A DNA stretch of 47,842 bases from a virus (taxonomy: Duplodnaviria; Heunggongvirae; Uroviricota; Caudoviricetes), in IMG/VR virus record IMGVR_UViG_3300028048_000051, positions 1 to 47,842 of that record; one strand, 5' to 3'. The translations under genes and the position numbers were made by a program. The notes below the pieces were generated by a model. That model did not search any database. It saw nothing but the letters and a program-made list of their open reading frames with translations, and had not been told where the DNA came from. Below, piece by piece: positions 18,701 to 26,380 of this stretch. Every line of letters starts with the position of its first letter. Within the stretch, counting starts at the first letter, position 1.

Positions 18701-19861
18701 ATGTCGGATATACCCAGAATATTCCAGTCGGCACTGGACAGAATGCGCATGCACAAAGCTGCCGCCGTACCGCAGACAGTATCAGCGAGATACAATCTCG
18801 GCGCTCCGGTGACGGATATTGATGGCTCCAATGATTTCGGATATGATCCGAAAGATGTTGACGTATATTCCATGGGATCATGGAACGACCACCGTTTCGG
18901 CAGGTTTCTGTTCGATGATTCCAATAAGACGCCGGAACAGAACCAAAACGACTGGGATGAGTTCTTCAAAAGACGAATGGATGCCAGGCATCGATACAAC
19001 GCCGAGCATGGGATAACCGAGACCTCTAATAATGGCGGTGATCCTGTCCCTACACTGGCACTCCGACCTTATCCGAGAAATGCTATACAAAAGGATCACT
19101 GGTCGTTCAATCCTCAGACTTCAGTATATTTCAAGCGTCCGAAAGCCGGAGCGTCGCGGAATACCGCAGCGGCCCCTTCCGGCGAATTAGGCATCACGAG
19201 TTTCCCGGCTGGGGGTATGTCACATATTGAGGTCACTGACGGCGCGGTCGGACGCGGAGCCAATGCGATAGATTCGGACAACGACCAGCAATCCAAGGTT
19301 GTTGATGTGCATGAGGGCGATCATGTCGAAGTGGGACCGCATGCTGAACACGGATATGTGGAAACCGTGCTTGCTCCGTTCAGACGTTTGTGGGTAAGCC
19401 AACAGCGTCCGATATACACATCGAATATCAATGCTTACGGCGACAAGACTTTGGGAGAGAGAAGCCGTAGCAATTTCGGGCTCAAGGCCTTTGCGCATCG
19501 TGTTACCGGAGAGGTGGTGAATTCACACAAAGAGTGGTTAGATGCAATGGCACGCCACGGGTACATAATCAAGGATAAAAACGGCGAGTGGGTGGAAACC
19601 GATAAACTCCGCAAGCATCCGTTATACACAGAAGTCACCGATGATGCCGGACGCGGATATACAAATGACGTAGAGAACAAGCTGAACTTCATCAACAGCC
19701 GCGAACAATATGAACGGGATGTGCGATCAGGTAAAATAGTAGCGGATCCAGAGTTCGACAATATGATCCGGCAGCAGGATTACCTGATGGAGGGAGCCGA
19801 TAACAACGGCTCCAAGCAGTATCACTTCCTGTATGGTCCCGACACAGACAGTCTCGCCTAA
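18701..19861 (+). CDS. Hypothetical 386-aa protein with K-x-A-type leader
   Basis: MSDIPRIFQSALDRMRMHKAAA; HEGDH (HExxH) motif; AGGTGA RBS. Confidence 0.7.
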   Translation: MSDIPRIFQSALDRMRMHKAAAVPQTVSARYNLGAPVTDIDGSNDFGYDPKDVDVYSMGSWNDHRFGRFLFDDSNKTPEQNQNDWDEFFKRRMDARHRYNAEHGITETSNNGGDPVPTLALRPYPRNAIQKDHWSFNPQTSVYFKRPKAGASRNTAAAPSGELGITSFPAGGMSHIEVTDGAVGRGANAIDSDNDQQSKVVDVHEGDHVEVGPHAEHGYVETVLAPFRRLWVSQQRPIYTSNINAYGDKTLGERSRSNFGLKAFAHRVTGEVVNSHKEWLDAMARHGYIIKDKNGEWVETDKLRKHPLYTEVTDDAGRGYTNDVENKLNFINSREQYERDVRSGKIVADPEFDNMIRQQDYLMEGADNNGSKQYHFLYGPDTDSLA

Positions 19862-20346
19862 AAAATGGTGAAGCGCCCCTTGTTCTCAGGTTTCCATGAC
19901 AGATAGAAGCGTGCACCACAGTTACGGCATCCCCAGTAAGGTGTGTTCCCTTTTATGCTCCCGCCGCCGTAGATAAAACCGTTGGCTCCTCTTATCGCCT
20001 TTTCATAAGCCGCCTTGCCGAAGGCGTAGGGCTTGATATCCGACGACCCGCATCGACCACACTTTTCCGGCCTGCCTTCCGCGGAGATTATTCCGCCTGG
20101 ATCGGCTTTTGCGGCCTCGTTGTCATCCCAGACCGCCGGTAAGTTTGCAGAGCGTCTCAGAGATTTCAAGCCCTCTAGGTTCTTTTCTAACTCATCGGTG
20201 GAATATGTACTCCAATCGCGTTCACCCATACGTAGTTCTCTGCATTCCTTATTCAGTTGGACGATAAGATCGTCGCGATGGCTGCCGCATCCGCAAAGCC
20301 CCAGACACGTCTCAGTTATCGCAATCAGCATCAATACTCTGAACAT
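19858..20346 (-). CDS. Lipoprotein with C-terminal CxxC..CxxC zinc ribbon (moron-like)
   Basis: AGGAGG RBS; lipobox LCG-C; CGRC and CRNC; opposite strand to neighbours. Confidence 0.65.
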   Translation of the reverse strand: MFRVLMLIAITETCLGLCGCGSHRDDLIVQLNKECRELRMGERDWSTYSTDELEKNLEGLKSLRRSANLPAVWDDNEAAKADPGGIISAEGRPEKCGRCGSSDIKPYAFGKAAYEKAIRGANGFIYGGGSIKGNTPYWGCRNCGARFYLSWKPENKGRFTIF

Positions 20347-20464
20347 CTCATAGTCCTCCTATAGTAAATCGCCATCCAATATACCGCCGGATGTAGTTCA
20401 ATGCAAGCTGTTACGCTTTGCCTTATGTACAACCACCAGTCCTGCAAACACCAAGGAGGATTTC

Positions 20465-22222
20465 ATGACTGACAAACTCTGCATCAAGTGTGGCTGCGTG
20501 AAGCCGCTCTCCGCCTTTTACACTCACCATGACCGCGGCGTGATCCGTTATCGCAACGTCTGTCGCGCCTGCTACAATGCCGGTCGACGTAAGGTGGCCA
20601 CCGGTAATCCGGAAGAGTTCCAGCCGGATGTGAAGGACCTCGTGTCCGCCTACCTGAATCTCATCCACTGGGATCCGGAAAAACTTCGTTCTGTGGATCT
20701 GGAGCGCTACAACAAACATTTCAATCTCTCCGTCACCGAAGAGGACTTCATCTCTATCGAAGATGCCGCCGCGGAGCGCCTGGAGGAGATGGGTTACTAC
20801 AATCCGCAATCTCTCGATCTGCCTGAAGACGGCACGTATATCGTCATCGGAGATACCTTCGGTACTCATACGCCGGAGGAGGTATTCCGGTTGATGCGCA
20901 AGGTGGCCGGTCTCGAAGGTGCTACCCACGTCATCGTACTCGGCCACAACCTCGACGATGAGAACATCGTTTCCAACCTGATTGCCAATTTCCCGGTTCC
21001 TGTCACCATCATCCCCTGTCGTGATGAGCTCAAGGATCTGCACGCCCAACGCGGGTACGGATACGACATCGTGCAGGACCATGTAACCATCGGCAACATC
21101 ACGCTTCGCAACCAGGAGCACATCACCCCATACACCAAGACGGCTCTTTCCAACCTGGATCCCCTGCTCTTCCCCGGGCGCATGATCGTCAACTGCACCC
21201 GGCAGGAACTGGCGGTACGTCCTTCCCCAGGGGTTCCCCGCAACTTCATCGCCTCTCCAGGTTGCTTGGCAGATCCCCACGTGGTCACTACCATCAACCG
21301 ACTTATCCTCAGCAACGGCGAGAAGATCTCGCTGCGTCCCACCAACAAGGATTCCTATCACAAGCATCGCAAGAATGAGACCGACAAGATGCTGTGGGAA
21401 CGCGGGTACATATTGATCCGCAAGGGAGAGGTGATCCAGCGTCGTATCTTCTGCCACAAGGACAAAAAAGGATTAGTGGCAGCGACCATCGCCGGTGACG
21501 GTGTCATCACTCACTTCGGCACCAAAGTTCCTGCACTGCGCCTGCTGGTGCTGTCCGATCTGCACTTGCCTTATGGCGATGTCGAGTTGTTGGGCAAGCT
21601 GCGCGACAGTGCAGAACCATTCTTCCAGGTCATTTTCAATGGTGACATATTCGATTGCCGTTCCTTCAATCCGCACAACAGCTACGAAGCCTCGCACACC
21701 GATCTCCAGCGGGAATTATGCCAATGCAAGATGTCGCTGAGACATATTGTCGACCTCCTCAGCGCCACGCAGCAAGCGCGCGGCGGTCTCGCTCCGGAGA
21801 TGAAGTTCCTTTGGGGCAACCACGAGGATTTCGTCCGTCGCTTCTCTCAGCAGTATCCGCAGTTCGCTTCACACTTCCGCGGTCTTTTCAACGATATTCT
21901 CAAGAAGCACGGCAGCGTGGTGACCGAGGATCACCAAAGCTGGTTCCAACTTACGCCGCACACGGTGATCCATCATGGCTCGGCAGATATTTTCGGCGCT
22001 GGTGGTAATAATCTCGAAAAAACCGCCCGCACTTTTGGCACTCAGGCGGTAATTGGGCATACTCATTCTCCGGCCATACGCTTTGGAGTCTATCGTACCG
22101 GCTGTTTGTGCAAATTGGCTCAGGGATACAACAACGCCGGGATGAGCAACTGGGCTTACGGGGCTGCTATTATATATGCCAGCGAGTCCCATGATTTTAT
22201 TGAGTTGAGAAATATCCTGTAG
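20465..22222 (+). CDS. Zn-finger plus tandem calcineurin-like metallophosphoesterase
   Basis: N-terminal CIKC..CRAC; degenerate first domain (IVIGDTFG, VIVLGHNLD); complete second domain (SDLH, GDIFD, GNHE, HHG, GHTH). Confidence 0.85.
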   Translation: MTDKLCIKCGCVKPLSAFYTHHDRGVIRYRNVCRACYNAGRRKVATGNPEEFQPDVKDLVSAYLNLIHWDPEKLRSVDLERYNKHFNLSVTEEDFISIEDAAAERLEEMGYYNPQSLDLPEDGTYIVIGDTFGTHTPEEVFRLMRKVAGLEGATHVIVLGHNLDDENIVSNLIANFPVPVTIIPCRDELKDLHAQRGYGYDIVQDHVTIGNITLRNQEHITPYTKTALSNLDPLLFPGRMIVNCTRQELAVRPSPGVPRNFIASPGCLADPHVVTTINRLILSNGEKISLRPTNKDSYHKHRKNETDKMLWERGYILIRKGEVIQRRIFCHKDKKGLVAATIAGDGVITHFGTKVPALRLLVLSDLHLPYGDVELLGKLRDSAEPFFQVIFNGDIFDCRSFNPHNSYEASHTDLQRELCQCKMSLRHIVDLLSATQQARGGLAPEMKFLWGNHEDFVRRFSQQYPQFASHFRGLFNDILKKHGSVVTEDHQSWFQLTPHTVIHHGSADIFGAGGNNLEKTARTFGTQAVIGHTHSPAIRFGVYRTGCLCKLAQGYNNAGMSNWAYGAAIIYASESHDFIELRNIL

Positions 22223-22331
22223 TCTATAGTCCTCCACTCCCCTGCCCCCGGGGTTCCGCGCGATTTGTCCTCCTTGGTCGTACGGAACCTCGGGGGTTCC
22301 TTTTGTGTGGACGCTTATAGTAATATTGCGT

Positions 22332-22422
22332 GGTGTCGAGGTCACTGTCAGATGCGTGGCACGGGTCTGTAAAATCCGCACAGTAGGAAACACCGCTGGT
22401 GCAACTCCAGCCGACACCACCA
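22332..22422 (+). tRNA. Atypical tRNA-Tyr(GTA)
   Basis: Acceptor GGTGTCG/CGACACC plus ACCA; anticodon loop CT-GTA-AA; T-loop TGCAACT; non-canonical D arm. Confidence 0.7.
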
Positions 22423-22426
22423 ATGT

Positions 22427-22504
22427 AGCGGGATGGAGCAGTTTTGGTAGCTCGTCAGGTTCATACCCTGAAGGTCGCCGGTTCGAGTCCGGCTCCCGCC
22501 ACCA
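22427..22504 (+). tRNA. tRNA-Met(CAT), initiator-like
   Basis: Cloverleaf with 1:72 mismatch, TGGAGCAG D arm, CCA. Confidence 0.9.
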
Positions 22505-22508
22505 ATGT

Positions 22509-22593
22509 GCTCAGGTGGTGAAATTGGCAGACGCGGTGGATTCAAACTCCACTGTCGAAAGACGTGTGGGTTCAAGTCCCACCCTGAGTACCA
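22509..22593 (+). tRNA. tRNA-Leu(CAA)
   Basis: Cloverleaf, long variable arm, ACCA. Confidence 0.92.
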
Positions 22594-22594
22594 C

Positions 22595-22671
22595 CCTCAT
22601 GTAGCCCAAATGGCAGAGGCACAGCGCTAAGGACGCTGCAAGTGTTCGTTCGACTCGAACCATGAGGACCA
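22595..22671 (+). tRNA. tRNA-Leu(AAG), short variable loop
   Basis: CAGCG-ctAAGga-CGCTG anticodon arm; CCTCATG/CATGAGG acceptor; ACCA. Confidence 0.85.
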
Positions 22672-22672
22672 T

Positions 22673-22760
22673 GGAGGATTGCCGGAGTTGGTCTAACGGG
22701 CCCGCTTGGAAAGCGGTGCGGTGTAATGCCACAGCAGTTCGAATCTGTTATCCTCCGCCA
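22673..22760 (+). tRNA. tRNA-Ser(GGA)
   Basis: Cloverleaf, long variable arm, GCCA. Confidence 0.92.
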
Positions 22761-22774
22761 TTTCGATGTCATCC

Positions 22775-22866
22775 GGAGGGCTGGCGCGAGTTGGTTAAGG
22801 CAGCGGTCTTGAAAACCGCCGGGGTTCTCTGAATCCCTGTGAGTTCGAGTCTCACGCCCTCCGCCA
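22775..22866 (+). tRNA. tRNA-Ser(TGA)
   Basis: Cloverleaf, long variable arm, GCCA. Confidence 0.92.
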
Positions 22867-22867
22867 T

Positions 22868-22961
22868 GGAGAGGTAACCCTAAAGGCAAGGGAGTGGTTT
22901 GCTAAACCACCAGTAGCCGGTGAAAGCCGGTGTGGGTTTTCGAGACACCTCCTCTCCGCCA
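22868..22961 (+). tRNA. tRNA-Ser(GCT)
   Basis: Cloverleaf, long variable arm, imperfect T stem, GCCA. Confidence 0.85.
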
Positions 22962-22974
22962 ACTTGACTATATT

Positions 22975-23050
22975 ACTCATGTAGCTCAGTCGGTAGAGCA
23001 GCTGGCTGTTAACCAGCGGGTCGTAGGTTCGAGTCCTACCGTGGGTGCCA
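22975..23050 (+). tRNA. tRNA-Asn(GTT)
   Basis: Canonical cloverleaf, GCCA. Confidence 0.93.
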
Positions 23051-23051
23051 A

Positions 23052-23233
23052 TTAGGCTTTTGGCCTTGCTAGTGGGCTGTTTCTATAGTAAACAACGTGA
23101 TGGTCAGGGTGATATGCGGTAATTGCCGGCGTAACTCCGCTAGTCCGACGGGACAACGGCTAACTGATCGGTGTGCGGCTCACCGGACACTCTCGGGCAA
23201 TACTAGTTTAGAGAGGCGCCAGCACACCGCCTT
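23052..23233 (+). ncRNA. Unassigned structured RNA candidate between tRNAs
   Basis: ~180-nt ORF-free spacer with stems (CGGTGTGC/GCACACCG, CTCTC/GAGAG, TAGTC..GGCTA). Confidence 0.35.
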
Positions 23234-23236
23234 ATT

Positions 23237-23324
23237 GGAGGGTAAACTCGGGCAGTCCTGAGCACCGTCTCGAAAGCGGTTGGATGTTAACAGCATTGGG
23301 GAGCGTCACCTCTACCCTCCGCCA
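23237..23324 (+). tRNA. Atypical tRNA-Ser(CGA) with 8/4 fold and tRNA-Sec-like D arm
   Basis: 8-bp acceptor GGAGGGTA/TACCCTCC, 6-bp D stem with tetraloop, long V arm, 4-bp T stem, G73, CCA. Confidence 0.75.
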
Positions 23325-23339
23325 AATTGAATACATAAA

Positions 23340-23412
23340 GGCCCTGTAGCATAACGGCAGTGCAGCGGAATCTGGTTCCGCTCATGGGGGTTCGACTCCT
23401 CCAGGGTCTCCA
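23340..23412 (+). tRNA. tRNA-Gln(CTG)
   Basis: GCGGA-atCTGgt-TCCGC arm; TTCGA loop; acceptor plus T stack one bp short. Confidence 0.75.
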
Positions 23413-23442
23413 ATTTTGTATGCGGTAGAAAGGATCTTCTCA

Positions 23443-23805
23443 ATGGATGACTGTAAAGAGGACGTGGTAAAAGCATGTCCGGAGATCTACGGCCAAGTAA
23501 AGGAACTGAAGGCCTCGGGATTGGCCGAAGAGGACGTATATCGCCGGTGTCTGGAGAAGTTTGTCGAAGACTACGCCAAGGACGTGCCCGAGGATCGTTT
23601 GAATCAGCACGACTTCGAGGATATCAGCCTGTTGGAGTGCTATATCAAGACGTTGGTGATTTGTTACGATCCTGCCCGGGACGACAAAGTGTTGCAGGAC
23701 AAAATGATGTTGTGCTGCAAGCTGTTGAAGGAGTTCTTTGGGTTGAATGAGCGCTTCGATCGGAGATATCAACCGCAGAAACGCACGAAGAAAGAGGATA
23801 ACTGA
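23443..23805 (+). CDS. Hypothetical helical protein
   Basis: AAAGGA RBS, ATG 23443; lies between tRNAs. Confidence 0.7.
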   Translation: MDDCKEDVVKACPEIYGQVKELKASGLAEEDVYRRCLEKFVEDYAKDVPEDRLNQHDFEDISLLECYIKTLVICYDPARDDKVLQDKMMLCCKLLKEFFGLNERFDRRYQPQKRTKKEDN

Positions 23806-23811
23806 GAATAA

Positions 23812-23885
23812 GGTCTGTTAGTTTATCGGTAGAACGCGGGTTTGTCACATCCGTGGGACGAGTTCAACTCTCGTACAGACCGCCA
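23812..23885 (+). tRNA. tRNA-Asp(GTC)
   Basis: Cloverleaf, GCCA. Confidence 0.9.
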
Positions 23886-23900
23886 TTTTTCGGAGCACAT

Positions 23901-24257
23901 ATGGAGTACAAGTGTGGCGCAACACGTAATGTCTGGTTGATCGATAAATACGCGATCAAGATCCCGCGGGCCAGGTCGTGGCGTACTTTTCTGAACGGGC
24001 TGCTCGCCAATCTTACGGAACGCGAATTCAGTACTATGCACAGTCCGATGCTCGCTGATGTGAAGTATTCCGATCCTATTGGCCTGGTGCTGATAATGGA
24101 ACGCGCCGACCGGGTGTTGAAGTACACGACAAAGAGCTCCAACGAATTTTTTCGTTGCTGTGAGGCAGCCGGGCTGCCCACGGACTGGAATCCCTGGAAC
24201 ATCGGAGTCTTCGGTCGGCAATGGAAGCTGATCGACTTCGGGACGAAACAAGCATAA
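23901..24257 (+). CDS. Minimal protein-kinase-like protein (118 aa)
   Basis: GATR loop, AIKIP lysine, helix-C Glu (TERE), IMERA hinge, DWNPWNIG catalytic loop, LIDFG; GGAG RBS. Confidence 0.7.
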   Translation: MEYKCGATRNVWLIDKYAIKIPRARSWRTFLNGLLANLTEREFSTMHSPMLADVKYSDPIGLVLIMERADRVLKYTTKSSNEFFRCCEAAGLPTDWNPWNIGVFGRQWKLIDFGTKQA

Positions 24258-24269
24258 GGAGGTAATCGA

Positions 24270-25229
24270 ATGGCAAACATCTACTACGGCAAAGAGCTCT
24301 GTGTCTCGGCGGGGTGCGTTCACGGGAAATTCTACCGCGACTGGCTGGCAGTTGCCGATGGCGGCAAGGTTGTGAAATTCAACGAGGAGTTGAACCTGCC
24401 GCCCAGTGTCATGCATGATATCGAGGATTTCGTGGCCGAGGCCGACGCGGCCCCGCAGAACTCCTATGCTTATCCGGGCAATCCGACCATGGACTTCAGC
24501 AAGGCGATCGAACTGCTGAAGGCGGGCAAGAAGGTTACGCGCCGCGGCTGGAACGGCAAGGGAATGTTCCTTTGGCTCAAGCCCGCGGCAAATGTCGACA
24601 CATCGATGTGTCACGATCCGGTGCTGGGAAAGTTGGCGGAACTCAACGGCGGGGCGATCCTTGCGTTGCCGACGATCTGCATGTATACCCACGACAGTAC
24701 CGGACGGAAGGCAATTCTTACCGGATGGCTCGCCAGCCAGTCGGATATGATTTCCGAGGACTGGGAGGAGGTGGACGAGAGATCGCTTGATCCGCGTATG
24801 CTCGGCCTGCCGGTGCCGGACGATGCGCTTCCCGTGTGCTCCTGCATCAGGCGGATGCTGGCAAAGGACTTCCCGGATGAAAAATGCATCGATATTTCCG
24901 CCGACTCCGAATTGTTCGGGCAAGTATCCAGGCTGGTGAAGTACGCAGACCCTCGTACGGAAAGCGATACCGAACGAAAATGTACGCTGATGGAGATGGC
25001 GTCTCTCGCGGATCATGACATCGCGCTCATCCACGGCGGCAATAACGGTTCTCCGGACTGGCTCAAGTACCTGCTGGATATTCACGATATCATGGAAGTT
25101 CTCGGTCAGGCAGGATTCGACGCCTGGATCATCAAACTCGACAATGATTGTCCGGATGATGTCCACTATGTGTACATCGGACTCAGGAGGATCAAGCCCA
25201 AGGCGGAATGCCGTGATAACGCAAGATAG
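24270..25229 (+). CDS. Multi-domain protein with central DUF2829 / Tad2-like (Thoeris anti-defence 2) domain
   Basis: MDFSKAIELLKAGKKVTRRGWNGKGMFL..GWLASQSDMISEDW signature; AAGGAGG RBS. Confidence 0.82.
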   Translation: MANIYYGKELCVSAGCVHGKFYRDWLAVADGGKVVKFNEELNLPPSVMHDIEDFVAEADAAPQNSYAYPGNPTMDFSKAIELLKAGKKVTRRGWNGKGMFLWLKPAANVDTSMCHDPVLGKLAELNGGAILALPTICMYTHDSTGRKAILTGWLASQSDMISEDWEEVDERSLDPRMLGLPVPDDALPVCSCIRRMLAKDFPDEKCIDISADSELFGQVSRLVKYADPRTESDTERKCTLMEMASLADHDIALIHGGNNGSPDWLKYLLDIHDIMEVLGQAGFDAWIIKLDNDCPDDVHYVYIGLRRIKPKAECRDNAR

Positions 25230-25249
25230 AACGTTATTGGTCTATTAGA

Positions 25250-25527
25250 GTCTCCGGTGAAAACGCCGCACTATCCGCGGACTGCGAGTAACCCGAGACC
25301 TTTCTCCGGAGGTCTATCAGCGATGCTCAACTTTCCGGAGTGTAGTGGGCTGATCGAAAGATCCTGGTCCACCAAACTGCTGAGGATGCCATATCTCAGC
25401 TTAATGCGGGCGTACGAGTCAGCGCAATCCGCAGGATACGAAGTACCGGGGCATCGGTGAGACAGGCTTCGTGTTAGAGGACTCCGGAGTGGCGTACGTT
25501 ATTCCTTCAAGGTACCTGGAGGAGGCC
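25250..25527 (+). ncRNA. Large structured ncRNA, copy 1 (module order A-B-C-D)
   Basis: Four conserved blocks shared with 27284-27622; stems conserved with different sequence; abuts tRNA-Thr. Confidence 0.72.
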
Positions 25528-25531
25528 TTAT

Positions 25532-25607
25532 GCTGGCGTAGCTCAGTTGGCAGAGCAGATCCTTGGTATGGATCAGGTCGTAGGTTCAAGCCCTGCCGCC
25601 AGCTCCA
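25532..25607 (+). tRNA. tRNA-Thr(GGT)
   Basis: Canonical cloverleaf, TCCA. Confidence 0.93.
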
Positions 25608-25618
25608 ATTAAATATAC

Positions 25619-25693
25619 GCCCCGTTAGTTCAAGAGTAGAACACCGGATTCGTAACCCGGGAACGCCGTTGCGACTTACGGTGCGGGGCTCCA
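25619..25693 (+). tRNA. tRNA-Thr(CGT), atypical T loop
   Basis: GCCCCGT/GCGGGGC acceptor, TCCA; T loop TGCGACTT. Confidence 0.8.
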
Positions 25694-25705
25694 AAAATCG
25701 AACAT

Positions 25706-25780
25706 GCCGGCGTAGTTCAGACGTAGAGCGGGACACTTGTAACGTCCAGGTCGAGATTGCAAAACTCTCTGTCGGCTCCA
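25706..25780 (+). tRNA. tRNA-Thr(TGT), atypical T loop
   Basis: GCCGGCG/TGTCGGC acceptor, TCCA; T loop TGCAAAA. Confidence 0.72.
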
Positions 25781-25781
25781 A

Positions 25782-25857
25782 GGAAACGTAACTCAGGAGG
25801 AAGAGTAGCGGATTTTTAATCCGTTTGTCCCGGGTTCGATCCCCGGCGTTTCCACCA
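25782..25857 (+). tRNA. tRNA-Lys(TTT), copy 1
   Basis: Cloverleaf, ACCA; identical to 27974-28049. Confidence 0.92.
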
Positions 25858-25870
25858 AAAATTGAATATT

Positions 25871-25947
25871 GGGCGTGTGGTGCAATTGGTTAGCGCGCGT
25901 CTCTGATACGGATGAGGTTCCTGGTTCAACTCCAGGCATGCCCACCA
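25871..25947 (+). tRNA. tRNA-Ile(GAT)
   Basis: Cloverleaf, ACCA. Confidence 0.9.
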
Positions 25948-25948
25948 T

Positions 25949-26024
25949 GGACGCCTGGCCGACGTGGTCAAGGCGCTCGGCTGAAGCCCGAGCTATTCTG
26001 GTTCGATTCCAGAGGCGTCCACCA
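25949..26024 (+). tRNA. tRNA-Phe(GAA)
   Basis: Cloverleaf, ACCA. Confidence 0.92.
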
Positions 26025-26037
26025 TATTGTATATTGC

Positions 26038-26114
26038 GGGCGATTAGCTCAGTTGGAGAGAGCACTGCCTTTACACGGCAGGTGTCGTGGGTTCGAGCCC
26101 CTCATTGCCCACCA
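26038..26114 (+). tRNA. tRNA-Val(TAC)
   Basis: Canonical cloverleaf, ACCA. Confidence 0.93.
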
Positions 26115-26128
26115 AAATTGAATAACAC

Positions 26129-26205
26129 GGGTTCATAGCTCAGTTGGTTAGAGCACCGCGCTTACTCCGCTGATGTCGAGGGTTCAAGTCCCTCTGCGGA
26201 TACCA
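26129..26205 (+). pseudogene. Chimeric/pseudo tRNA (TAC anticodon)
   Basis: Intact D and T arms and ACCA, but acceptor GGGTTCA/TGCGGAT has 3 mismatches. Confidence 0.7.
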
Positions 26206-26216
26206 ATGTGAGTTTA

Positions 26217-26277
26217 GAACCCTCGGTAGTTCAGGGGTAGAGCGCTCAGTCCGCGGTTCGAATCCGCGTCGGGGTTC
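26217..26277 (+). ncRNA. tRNA-like element lacking the anticodon arm
   Basis: Acceptor-like stem, D arm TAGTTCAGGGGTAGAGC, 8-nt linker, T arm CGCGG-TTCGAAT-CCGCG; no encoded CCA. Confidence 0.7.
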
Positions 26278-26284
26278 CTTCATT

Positions 26285-26358
26285 GGACCTGTGGTGTAAG
26301 GGTAGCACAGCTGGTTTTGGTCCAGCTAGTCCTTGTTCAAATCAGGGCAGGTCCGCCA
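26285..26358 (+). tRNA. tRNA-Gln(TTG)
   Basis: Cloverleaf, GCCA. Confidence 0.9.
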
Positions 26359-26380
26359 ATAACTAACAGGAGGTAAAGAC

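Noticed and set aside
22305-22889. ORFs over the tRNA array (also 25257-26138, 27524-27796, 27985-28221)
   Set aside because: They overlap clear tRNA or ncRNA structures
25346-25377. Hammerhead ribozyme in ncRNA block B (CTGAT..GAAA)
   Set aside because: CUGANGA core and three-stem junction are not present; GAAA is a hairpin loop
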